DNA of 63,555 nt, the filler included, from Reticulomyxa filosa (taxonomy: Eukaryota; Protista; Foraminifera): assembly GCA_000512085.1 (NCBI GenBank). It is 18 parts of 18 records of this genome, joined end to end, with 100 filler letters (N's around TTAATTAATTAA, not from the genome) between each part and the next. Parts side by side here need not be neighbours in the genome. Positions count along the whole stretch, not along the records: positions 1 to 10,370 come from ASPP01026378.1; positions 10,471 to 14,952 come from ASPP01022446.1; 16 more parts are not named here. One strand, written 5' to 3'. How positions within the stretch are numbered: the first letter of the stretch is position 1; each line of letters opens with the position of its first letter. Positions 1-10,899 of the stretch are shown one piece after another. Made by a program: the position numbers and the translations under genes. The notes below the pieces were generated by a model that saw only the letters and a list, made by a program, of their open reading frames with translations, searched no databases and had not been told where the DNA came from.

Positions 1-177
1 CCCGGAAATTCAAACCCTTTCGGTTCCAACAAATTAATTTTCATTACACAGACTACCAGTTCGCGAAGATAAAGTTTTTTGTTGACTCGTTTTCATCCAA
101 AAATCGGTAATCACAATTTATACAACCAATCAAAAAAAATATACGGTTGATTTTTTTTCCCCCCACTTAAAAAAACA

Positions 178-3100
178 TTAAAATTTTCCACCACGCTGCC
201 CTACAAGCAATTTTTGTTGATATGTCAAGCCATTGACATTTTCCCAAACACTACCTTTAATTGACAAGCCACTTTGAACACCCGATCGCCAAACGCATCT
301 AACAAATTTTGATTCTCAGTATTCGTGAGTATGTCACCATCCTTTTTAGACAAATGGGAATCACGGCTAAGGTCAGTTGCCATATCCCAACTTTTTGAAT
401 CAACGCTCCATAGCCGAATAGTCTTATCTGTTGAGCAAGATACAATTTTAGATTCATCAAAAGAAAACTGTGCTTTATTTACAATATCCGAATGGCCTTC
501 CAATATTTGGATTTGTTTTCCAGACGACACATCCCATATTCGAATGGTTTTATCAATAGAACAAGATAAAATTTTAGAACAATCAAATGAAAATTGTGCT
601 CCATTGACGCCTTTTGAATGCCCTTCCAATATTTGTAATTGTTTTCCAGACATTACGTCCCATATTCGAATTGTTGTATCCTTTGAACATGATACAAGTT
701 TCGAACCATCAGCTGAAAAGCGTGCCTCACTTACTCCACCGTTATGTCCTTCCAGAACTTGAATTTGTTTTCCGGATGACACGTCCCATATGCGGATTGT
801 TTTATCTAATGAACATGATAAAATCTTTGAAGCATCTGGTGAAAACTGTGCTGCCTTTACATCTTCGGAATGTCCTTCAAATAATTGAATTTGTTTTCCA
901 GATAGTGCATCCCATACGCGAATAGTTTTATCTCGTGAACATGATACCACTTTGGAACAATCGATAGAAAATTGCGCATCAACTATAACTTCCAAATGCC
1001 CTTTCAATAATTGAAGCGTTTCACCTGAACATGAGTCCCATATTCGCACTGTTTTATCCCACGAACATGACACAATTTGGGAACCATCAGGTGAATAATA
1101 TGCACCGGTTACACCTGCAGAATGTCCCTCGAGCGATTGGATTTGTCGGCCTGATAACACATCCCATATCCGAATAGTCCGATCATTTGAACAAGATACA
1201 ATTTTAAGTCCATCTGGAGAAAATTGCACTGTAAATACCCAAGACAAGTGTCCTTCCTTTAATTGAACCTCTTTTCCTGAAGACACATCCCATATTCGAA
1301 TAGTTTGGTCAGTTGCACATGAAACAATTTTTGATCCATCTGGTGAAAATTGTGCTTCATTAACCCATCCGGAATGTCCTTCCAATATTTGGATTTGTCT
1401 TCCTGATGCACTGTCCCATATTCGAACTGTTCCGTCATATGAGGATGAAACAATTTTCAAACCATCAGGTGAAAAGTAGGCCTTACATACAGGCGCTAAA
1501 TGCCCTTCCAATAATTGAATTTGTTTTCCTGACAATGCGTCCCATATTTGAATTGTTTCAGCATTTGAGCAAGAGATAATTTTTAAGCAATCAGGTGAAA
1601 ATTGGGCTGTAAACACAATTTCTGAATCTCCTTCTAGCAATTTAATTTCTTTCCCAGAAGATATGTCCCATATTCGAATTGTGTTATCACTTGAACAGGA
1701 AAGCACTTTTAAGCCATCTTTCGAAAATTGTGCTCCGTTAACTTCTTCCGAGTGTCCTTCAAACAACTGGAGCTGTTTTCCAGATGATACATCCCATATT
1801 CGAATAGTTGTGTCATTGGAACAAGATAATATTTTAGTGCCATCGGATGAAAAATGTGCTTCGGTTACGCCACTCATATGCCCTTTCAATATTTGAAGCT
1901 GTTTTCCAGATACTACATCCCATATTCGAATGGTTTTGTCCCATGAGCATGACACAATCTTTGTATCGTCTGGTGAAAAGCGTGCTCCAGTTACTTCGCG
2001 TACGTGTCCATGCATAACCTGAAGCTGCTTTGCAGACAATGCATCCCATATTTGTATAGTTTTATCATCAGCACATGAAACAATTTTTGAACAATCAAAC
2101 GAATATTGTGCCCGATTTATATTATCTAAATGTCCTTCCAGGTAAGCATATTCACCGAAATAAATTCTGTTCATTGACGCATTCACGAAATTGGAATTAT
2201 TCAAGTACGCTTGAAAAAAATTTACATCATCTAAATTAGCGTTATCAAATTTGGTTCCTTCAAGGAATGCATGATCCAAGATTGCATAGGGTATTTTTAC
2301 ATTGCTCCAATTTTGGTAATGCAGGTTAATGCTTGCTGAGTTGAGTATAGTGACGGCATTTGCTGCAGCAATACAAACATTATTACTTTTTTTGGATGCT
2401 TCAATAATTCGAAATAATCGCGATTTCAAATTCAAAAAAATAGATTTTTGGTCGTGGATTCTTTCAGCAATGAATTTAATAATTCCTATTTCTTCATTTA
2501 ATAATTTGTAATTGATTAACAATTTTTCAACGTTTGTTTCAAATTGCCGTTGAAATTCTTGGTCGTTAAGGGCAGTTTCAGCATTTGGTTTCCACGAAAT
2601 GATATCAAATATAATTTTTTGTGCGCATAATATTCTTGACATGATTTATGTAAAAATTGATATTTATTATCACCAATTCTTCTTAATACATATTTGGCAA
2701 TACTGTCACCATTGAAATATTTCCCCCAAATATCTTTTGTTTTTGAATTATCAACTTCATTTTTGTTTATCTGCATATCTTCATGCTTATTTTACTTTCC
2801 ATTTCTACCTTTGAATCTTCATTGATTATAATTTCGCTGTCTCTATATTGAATGTCAGCTTCAGTTGCAATTTGATTTCCTTGAATAAACATCTCAAATG
2901 CCAAGTTTTGACAGTATTCTTGAAATGCTGCTTTGATTTTTTTAAGGTTTGTTTGAATCCTCAGTTCTGCCAATTTATTCGCAATATTCTGGGCATGAAG
3001 ATTAGTCCACTGTTCATTAAATGCTTCATATACTTGCGCTTTGGATATCTTAGTTCCAATAGAATGTTGTTTCACTAAAGCTGGCAATACAGTCAATATC

Positions 3101-5705
3101 ATTCGAAGTAAAAATGGTTCCTCTACCATTTTATGCAAGTTTGGATAATTTTTCAAGGTCTTTTCATATTGTCGCGTTGTCCAATCTGAATGCTCGTTAA
3201 ATTTATTTTTTTTATTCATTGTTACAAACTTGTCAATATAGCCGTGCATTTGTTCATTTGAAAAAGGCCATAAATAAACCATCGATGTTGTTAAATTGTT
3301 TGGGCCAAGTAAGACCTGCTTAATATCTTCTTCATTTAGCACATGGCTTCGGCATGTAGTGATAATCTTTGCATTCCATTCATGTAAATTGAAACGATTA
3401 TAAAAATATCTTTCAGCATTACTTTTATTATACCTATCAAATATTTCATCAAATTCGTCTAAAATAAATACAAATGAAATATTTTCACGAATAACACTAA
3501 TCATATCTTTGTTGATTTGTTTCATTTGTAAGGCTTGAGCAATGATTTGTGCTTCATTTAATTCATTGTAGCACTTGGGTAGTGATATATAAACAGGAAT
3601 ATATTTGGTCGAATGACTATCATATGATTTCCACAAACATTCTTCTAAATGACGACAAAATAAACTTTTTCCTGATCCCGATTTCCCTTGTAATATCATT
3701 ATTCGGCTTTGTTGATCACTTTTTCCATCCTCTTTCAAAAAATTAATCACATGTTGATAACAGTCATACGCATCATTTTTTTTATTGTCATCACTGTCAA
3801 TATACGGATAATTATTTGCTTGCAATGGGATGTATGTTTCAAGAGCTTGTGATATAGCTATATCTTCCTCCAACTCATTTTCCCTTGCAGCCTGTAATAT
3901 AAACGCGACATCTGCACAACATGCCGGATTTGTTTTACCAATGATATGTTCCTTAAAATACTCAAGTAAAATTACATAAATGGCTCTACATTTTATTTTT
4001 GTTGGAATGAAGTTACAAAGTTGCTCATAAACAAAGTTGGCCAATTTTTGTGAAATATCGCTAGTATCGGCTTGTTCATTTGTCATATATTTTCTCAATT
4101 GTGGAGGTTTCAATAGTCCAATTTCTGAATGTGGTTTGCAACGACTGGCAATTTTTCTGATTTCTCGTTCATCAATCCATTCACAAATTATATCGTTGAT
4201 TTTGGTTAAAGCCTCATCACTTGCTTGTTTTAATTCCTCTTCTTGTGCACCGATTGGTTTCCATACTCGAATCTGCTCATAAAATAAATGACTTAATTTT
4301 GGATTGTCAATCACAGCATATCCTTCCAAAGTGGTATAATTCTTCAATGTTGCTTGCATTTCAATATAAACATCATGTTTTGGAACATACAATTTAATAT
4401 TATGAAAGCGATGATGAGTTCTGGACTGTTTGCTAAAAAAGTCTTTGTCTTCAGACACAATCAAATTGAATTGTTCCGCCTTCTTCATGACTGCCACTGC
4501 GGTTTGCAATTTGGTTGAATTATCACATAAAATGGTAAACCTTCCAATATCAAATGCTTGATTAAAATCACCACCATAATCTACTCGAATCTTTTCCAAT
4601 AATCTTTCATTTCCTTTCAAACTGGGTGGTTTCACAACTGTAATTTCATATTTCCGCAATTCTGTTATCAAGTTCCTGATTTCAATACTACTCATCGCAC
4701 TTTCACTCCGTTCTCTCAAATCTTCAATACTCTTTGCATGTTGTTTTATCTTATTTGCTTTCAATTCATATGACAATCCAGATTTAATTGTATACGAGCA
4801 TTGATAATTATTATCTTGTACAGGGATTGAATCATCGCTTGCACAAATGGAATGCTTCAGAGTTATAAAACATTGCTTTGACAATTAAATTGATTGTTGA
4901 TTTTTTGCAATCAGGACAGCAAAAAGCTGTGCTACTCGAAGTGAATGTAATACTGTCAAATCCAATATTAATCCATACTGGCAATTTCGCTCTGGATGCC
5001 AAACAGGTTTCATTAGCGCAATATCCTTGCAAATTAATTCCCGCCTTTGTCTCTCCAACTTCTGCCTTTTCCATTTCCCTTTGTAAGCTTTTATTTCTGC
5101 TACCATTTGGACTTAATATACTTTCATCACTTTCACTAGCCGCTCGTTTTTTCTTATTTTTTTTTTTTTGAAAAGCATTAAAAAGTAACATATACGAAAC
5201 ATTTTTTTTTTTTACCTGCTCTGTATCTCTTAATGCATCCATTTTGCTTTCTTCATCTAATTTAGTCTTTGTTTTTTTTTATGGGCAAATAAAAATAAAG
5301 ACTACAAAACAACAAGAAATGTGGATAAGACAAAAAAAAAAATTAGAATAGTTTTTAAAAAATTTTTGTGACCTCTCTTTCAACAGATTGCCGCACAATC
5401 TCTTTAATCACCAATTCAATGTTTCCATTGTAATGTTGCATTTTCTGTTGTAACTCTTCACTATCAATCGAATCACCAAACAATCGGATCAAAATCTTTA
5501 TTTCTCTCTGGAAGTTTTCGGGCTCGCAGGTTATGATATTACCATTTTGCATCCCTCCACAGCACTGCATATTACTTACCAAAGCACAGTTACGCATAGT
5601 ATCTTCACTCATCCAAACGTGCATATTGTCATCGTTGAGATCCATGCACGCAGAATCTTTGTTATAAACATCAACAAACGATCTCCTTACGCTGCAACTG
5701 GCCAC
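178..5705 (-). CDS. NLR-like STAND protein: CUE-like + Cys/Zn module + RelA/SpoT-like nucleotidyltransferase + NACHT + pentapeptide repeats + 14 WD40 (multi-exon, four 1-bp frameshifts; start uncertain)
   Basis: ORFs 5355-5705, 4832-5242, 2767-4884, 2516-2776 and 225-2642 join in order on the minus strand. Walker A GKSGSGKS, Walker B FVFILDEFDE, sensor-1 IITTCR, winged-helix motif FLHKSCQEYYA(A). GT donors at 5372 and 5215. A further frame gives the C-terminus RCVWRSGVQSGLSIKGSVWENVNGLTYQQKLLVGQRGGKF, stop at 178-180. Confidence 0.88.
405..2142 (-). repeat. 14 tandem WD40 repeats, 42 aa / 126 bp period (two 7-bladed propellers)
   Basis: Fourteen units of xEGH...V..A.FSPDG.KIVSCS.DKTIRIWD counted in ORF 225-2642. 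Confidence 0.95.
2150..2310 (-). repeat. pentapeptide repeats between NACHT and WD40
   Basis: AILDH-AFLEG-TKFDN-ANLDD-VNFFQ-AYLNN-SNFVN-ASMNR shows A[D/N]Lxx periodicity. Confidence 0.85.
2627..3700 (-). other. NACHT NTPase module (P-loop, helical domain, winged helix)
   Basis: GKSGSGKS (~3665-3690), IPVYISL, LDEFDE (~3445-3465), IITTCR (~3350-3367), PFLL and FLHKSCQEYY. Confidence 0.92.
4261..4740 (-). other. RelA/SpoT (RSH synthetase)-like nucleotidyltransferase domain inside the NACHT-WD40 gene
   Basis: Ordered motifs SLKGNERLLEK, FDIGRFTI, KDFF..QSRTHHRFHNIKL, YIEMQAT and SHLFYE resemble RSH synthetase motifs RxKxxxSxxxK, DxxGxR, KDY..GYxSxH, ExQIRT and HxxxY. Confidence 0.75.
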
Positions 5706-7048
5706 GTCTCCAGAGTACTTGGTCAGAGCAACCTTAAAGTAAGTTTTCTTCTTGTTTGCTTTTCGCTATCAGGCATACTTCCTAAGACAAACCGATTGCG
5801 GTTCTTTTTTTTTTTTACTGCCCTTTTTTTTTTTTGGCAAAAACTCTCTATTACAATTACCTTCAGTTCCGGCTTTGTAAATGTTTCTTGGCTCATTTGG
5901 AGTCCGAATGATTGCTTTACATACATCAAACCCAGTCTGACTTGCTTCAAAGTCCCCTCTCAAAAAAAATTATTTGCCAAAAACTAAAAAAATAGGAAAT
6001 TGAGAAACGAAAAAGCATTACCCTCACTGAATTGCATTTGAAGAAAGAAAAAATGTGTTGAGCAAGAAATATCAAAAAATGCCAAAGATGCCGAGCTTTT
6101 TTTGGAAAAAAGTTCACACTCTTGTGTTGATTGTCATTGAACCGAATACCAAAACAAAAAATGGTGTACTTAAAGATAACGCCAACTTGGAAAAAGATAC
6201 AATAAAAGATTGTGACTTTGTTGGAAACGTAATCATTAAAAAATTTTGGTGCACGTAGAAAAATGCAAAAAAAAAAGTACTTTGAGATTGTCGTTGTTTA
6301 GCGTCAAAATGCCACTTAATTTAATCCCTCTGAACACAAACAGCGAGGATTTCATATTTGTGGACCACCTATTAACTTTGATAAGTTTTTTAAATACACA
6401 AAAATTATAAGTCTTGAAATAAAAAAAACTACATAGGCGCTTTTTCGTCAAGCGGAACGTTTACAAAAGCAAAACAACAATGTCATCCTATTCTAGCTTG
6501 TACACCCCCTTTCTTAGTTTTATAGAGTAAATTCCTTACTATGTCCAGAAACATTTCATAGTTGTCTTAGGCGTTGTACTGTACAGCACAACGAAAACTG
6601 AAAGTTTTACAGGGCAAGACCCTACTGGTTGGGGAACCCCTTTTATCTCAAACTTACTTACTTTACATTTTTTCTTGTCTTTTCTTCTTTGTTGTTTATC
6701 GTCATTTATGTTCTCCTTTGATTTACTTATTTTGTATTGAAAAATCGCTAAGAGAGTAATATTTCCGTATTACACTTTGTGCCACAGTTTAAATAGATAA
6801 CAAAGTATGCATATCTTTTTTGAAACAAAACTTGAAAGTAACAGTGCAGTTGTGGTTAAAAATAGCTTACTCTGAACAATGAAAGCATTTCAATCATTTA
6901 GTATATTTTAAAAGGGACACGATTAACTGTAAGACGGTACATAAAGGTAAAGCAACTATTTAAAGAAAAAATTATGTTCATGATCAATTCAACATTTGCA
7001 CAAGATAGCAAAAAGAATTTCAAAATAAAATTGGAAAAAATATTGTTT

Positions 7049-9313
7049 TTACAAGGTTCTTGTCATCCATGTTTGTTTATCCGCTTCAACAAATGGCAAT
7101 CCAATGATGACAGTATAAACAGTTACAAGCTTCATAATCTTTTGCTCATCATACAACATCTTTTCAGCAAAAAATATAGAAAACATGTTAATTTGATGGT
7201 TACAGCAGCGTCGTTTCACAAATGTATCTATTTTTTCTGTATATTGTTCTTCCTTGTTATTTTCCCTTTTCCATTCATCGAACGATAACAACATTGAAGT
7301 TACCACACTAGTACTACGGATTATTCTCAGCAGTAAACCAACAAGATTGATATCAATGGAATAATTCCACAATGTGCAAATTTTCATAGCCGGTCGAATC
7401 ACTCTGTCATAGACTCTCGATGTTAATAATATAACCTGGGTATTGTCATTTTCGCTTTCGACTCTAGGATACCATTGGGGGACTGTTTTATATTCATTCG
7501 TGACATTCGTATAAGGTCTTGAGAATATAATATGGCAATGTTTAAAGGGGAGTATCCATGACACATTACAACTAAATATTCCATCGGCTCGTCTCATGGA
7601 AGGATGAAAATGTAAAATGCATCGTTGATCAGTTTGAGATGTTTGTGTATCTTGCAAAACATTAGTGGCACTTACATAACTGACGAAATATCCCGCACTG
7701 AGTTCATTAATATTTTCAAATTTCATTCCTTTTAGTTCACAATACAAGTCCATGTTGCTTTCTTCTCGTCTTTCATGTGTACACAATATCGCAACGGCAC
7801 TTTGCAAATACCTATCCAAATAGATCCACACGTAATGCTTAAAGTCCATTTGATCATAGCTGAACTCGACACCACAGGATTTTCCACAATATAACAATAT
7901 TGCACAAATATGGTGCAAATTCAAGCGGATATCCCATGTGTCTGTGGACATCACTGCGATACACTTGTTTCGCGTGACTTAAAATTGTTAATATTTTATC
8001 ATTTAATATCAATGCATTGATATCACTTTCATTGTACTGAATTTGTTGCTTAATATTTTCATGAATTGCTTTTTTCTTCTTGAGGATTTGTTATGTTTTG
8101 GGATGCGATTAAATCACACAAATAGCCATTGCTTATTACCTCATGCAACAGATGTTTCAAATCATTTTTGATTGACCGTTGGGTCGCATACAAATCATCT
8201 AGAACAAAATAAAGTTTGGTGGTATTACGTTTGTGCAAGAATAAGCCTTTCCTGTCAATAGTAAAGATATCTGACAATCCACTTTCAGAAAATCACAATT
8301 GATCAATTCGCCTGTTCCATTACCCAAAAACTCGATCATTTCTAATTTGTCTTTTAAATACTCCTTTGCATTCTCAAAAGTTGCAGCATAAGGATTCAAC
8401 GGCACTTTATATATGAAATCATCTTCCCATGAGACATTGAATGAATTAAACTCCTGTTTATATTAAAATGTGAAATGAATTTTTTTTTTTGTAAACTGAT
8501 GCAACATAATAAATGATCTTATCAACTGCGCAGAAATTTGACAAATATTTCCTCTCAAAAGAATCGCTTGTACGGAAATGCCAAGAACGGTTAAGAATGA
8601 GACATGGCCACTTAATGCAATTGACTTCAATATCGTCAAAATCATTATACCATTGAATATAAACATGCACTTCCAATGACGACTTCTTTTGGATTTCCAA
8701 CTTGTAATGCCTCTATTTTAAATTTGTCTTGTTCTTCTTTTTCATCCTTTTCTTCATTTATTTTGTTCAATAGCATTATTGTTCGATGTTGATAATCAAA
8801 TACAATTTCATATTCTGTCCATTTCCCTTTGGAGCACATAAACACTGTTTTTGGAGTACAACGATTTGTTTTGTATCTATTTGCAATCAACAACAATACA
8901 ACAAATATCATTCGACAAATTTTGAAAATTAAATGGCAATTGAAATGCAAAATACACAACATTAATTGCTTTTTAATCCACTCGCAATAATGTTTCCATA
9001 GCGACAATGATGGAACGCTGCCACGATAAGACCAATTTCCATCGATTTTGTTCTGAAATCCAAATTCTTTCAAATAGTGACGCATTATTTCCAACACTGG
9101 ATCCATTTCTACTTTCATTTCTTCACATTTTTTTTTTACGTTTCGAAATAATAAACTATTGCTAATTTGTCGATATTTCAGCTTTTTGGGATTACTCAAA
9201 AGATTCCACAACACATGTAAGCACAATTCCTTTATTATTTTGGTTTCTTTGCTTTCCTCAACTCTATACACGCGTTTCAATTCACAAACAACTTTGTAAA
9301 GATATCTTAACAT
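7049..9313 (-). CDS. PUB-domain protein with degenerate ADP-ribosyltransferase-like domain (multi-exon, frameshifted; possibly a pseudogene)
   Basis: PUB-like VLWNLLSNPKKLKYRQI...LKEFGF. C-terminal LHHICAILLYC...DLYCEL...YVSATN...CILHFHPSMRRA..SCNVSWI..IIFSR and RRCCNH. Collinear with the paralog at 37025-41647. Several frame switches. Confidence 0.7.
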
Positions 9314-10370
9314 TTAACGTACGTTTTCACAAATGCCTAACTTTTTAGTATTGGCCTTACAAATTTTATTCAATTCGAGCATAGTAAGTAAATAAATTTG
9401 CCCACATTCCACCCACTTTTTTAAAATTGTCTCTTTGTCGATATGTACACTAAAATCTTCCAGTAATGTCAATAACTTTCTCTGTTGCTCGATAGATGTC
9501 CTAATATCATAACACAGTTGTAATCACTGTTATTTAGGAAAAGTGTTAACACATTGTTTTATAACCGGTTGTCAGTGACAAAGTTAAGAAGCTCATTTGC
9601 TTCGTTCAAGTCCCCATTGCAATAATCATAAATCCTTGACAGTATCTCTTTTTCTATCTTCGGAAAAGATAGTGCAAGCTGTGAGAGCATTTTTCAAAAA
9701 AAATTAGAGTGATATATGTTCGTTAGGTACCCTTTTTTAAGTGTAAGCGTTCAATTTTTTTTTAAAAAAGTGAACACAGTAAAATAACTCCAATCAGAAA
9801 AGGTGCAACATCATCTTAAAAAAATTTGGATGGATTGTAATAATTCCAAATTATTTTCACAAGGACAAGTGAAGCATAAAAACAAAGGAAAAATGAAGAA
9901 TTTTTAATTTGGTCTTTGCATATTTTGAGGCGTGTAAATTACTTTATTTATTTCTTCGTGTACTTTTTCTCTCTTCCCTTTTGTAACTTTTCAAATAACT
10001 TTTTTTTTGTCACCTGGCGTGTATTATAAAACACAAAATAACCGAAGAGAATCTTTTTTGGAAATCATCTGCTTTGATTATGGTATCATTCGTTATTAAC
10101 GTGCATTCAAGTTTGCAAGCTGTGTTTCGTTTTTCCGCTGCAACTTAAAAAAGATCACTATATACCACAAAAAAATAATAAAGAACGTCCACATAAAGGA
10201 GTTCATTTTCTGTGGGCACTGTTGTCAACTCGAGACGAATCAAAAAGACGACCACTTTGGATGAGGTTAATTTGACTTCAAAAAAAAGAAAAGGGCACGT
10301 GCAGAATTAGTGAGCCTTTTTTTTTTGGTGATGACATATATGAATGTATTATACGTACCTTGAAGTAAAA

Positions 10371-10470
10371 NNNNNNNNNNNNNNNNNNNNNNNNNNNNNN
10401 NNNNNNNNNNNNNNTTAATTAATTAANNNNNNNNNNNNNNNNNNNNNNNNNNNNNNNNNNNNNNNNNNNN
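10371..10470. other. artificial contig linker N44-TTAATTAATTAA-N44 (first of 17)
   Basis: Identical 100-bp linkers start at 10371, 14953, 19316, 27671, 31939, 35344, 36925, 44062, 45923, 48477, 49577, 51557, 54404, 55729, 57098, 59550 and 62156. The core supplies stop codons on both strands. Confidence 0.99.
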
Positions 10471-10899
10471 TGTATTGTTATTAGTTATTGAATATGTATA
10501 TATCAAAAAAAAAATAAAAAAAAAAATGGACAATAAAAAACATTTTCAAGCAATGGACCCAAGCACGATTTATAGTGTCAGGTAACAGGAAGGATGACAT
10601 GCGCATAAATGAACAACCAAATAACAGCTACCACTTGAGCTCTTGTGAATGCGCGCTCGATTTCAATGACACTATCTTCATCAAGTACTCCGTTATTTTG
10701 GACGACTGACGGACTTGGAGGGGAAATTGGTATGATTGAAAGGCTCTTCCCCTAGAGCTAACATTTTTTGAGTGGCAGTCTTGTCAATATCGGACCATTT
10801 CACTTTTCGAACACGAGTGATGTGATTTTTGGTAACCGAACAATTGGCAACAACAGCGACGGCCTCTTTAGGAGGGGAGAGGGGAGCTCGACTGCTGAC

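Noticed and set aside
325-1896. Plus-strand ORFs with recurring SHIRIV motifs
   Set aside because: Antisense shadows of the WD40 repeats (reverse complement of TIRIWD).
405-2142. 126-bp periodic repeats as a CRISPR array or DGR template/variable repeats
   Set aside because: They are in-frame WD40 coding units. There is no constant repeat + unique spacer structure, and no cas or reverse transcriptase gene nearby.
302-4860. Programmed ribosomal frameshifting or RNA editing in the NLR-like gene
   Set aside because: The shifts are of mixed sign, lack a shared slippery heptamer, and similar breaks occur in unrelated genes. Indel error or decay is more parsimonious.
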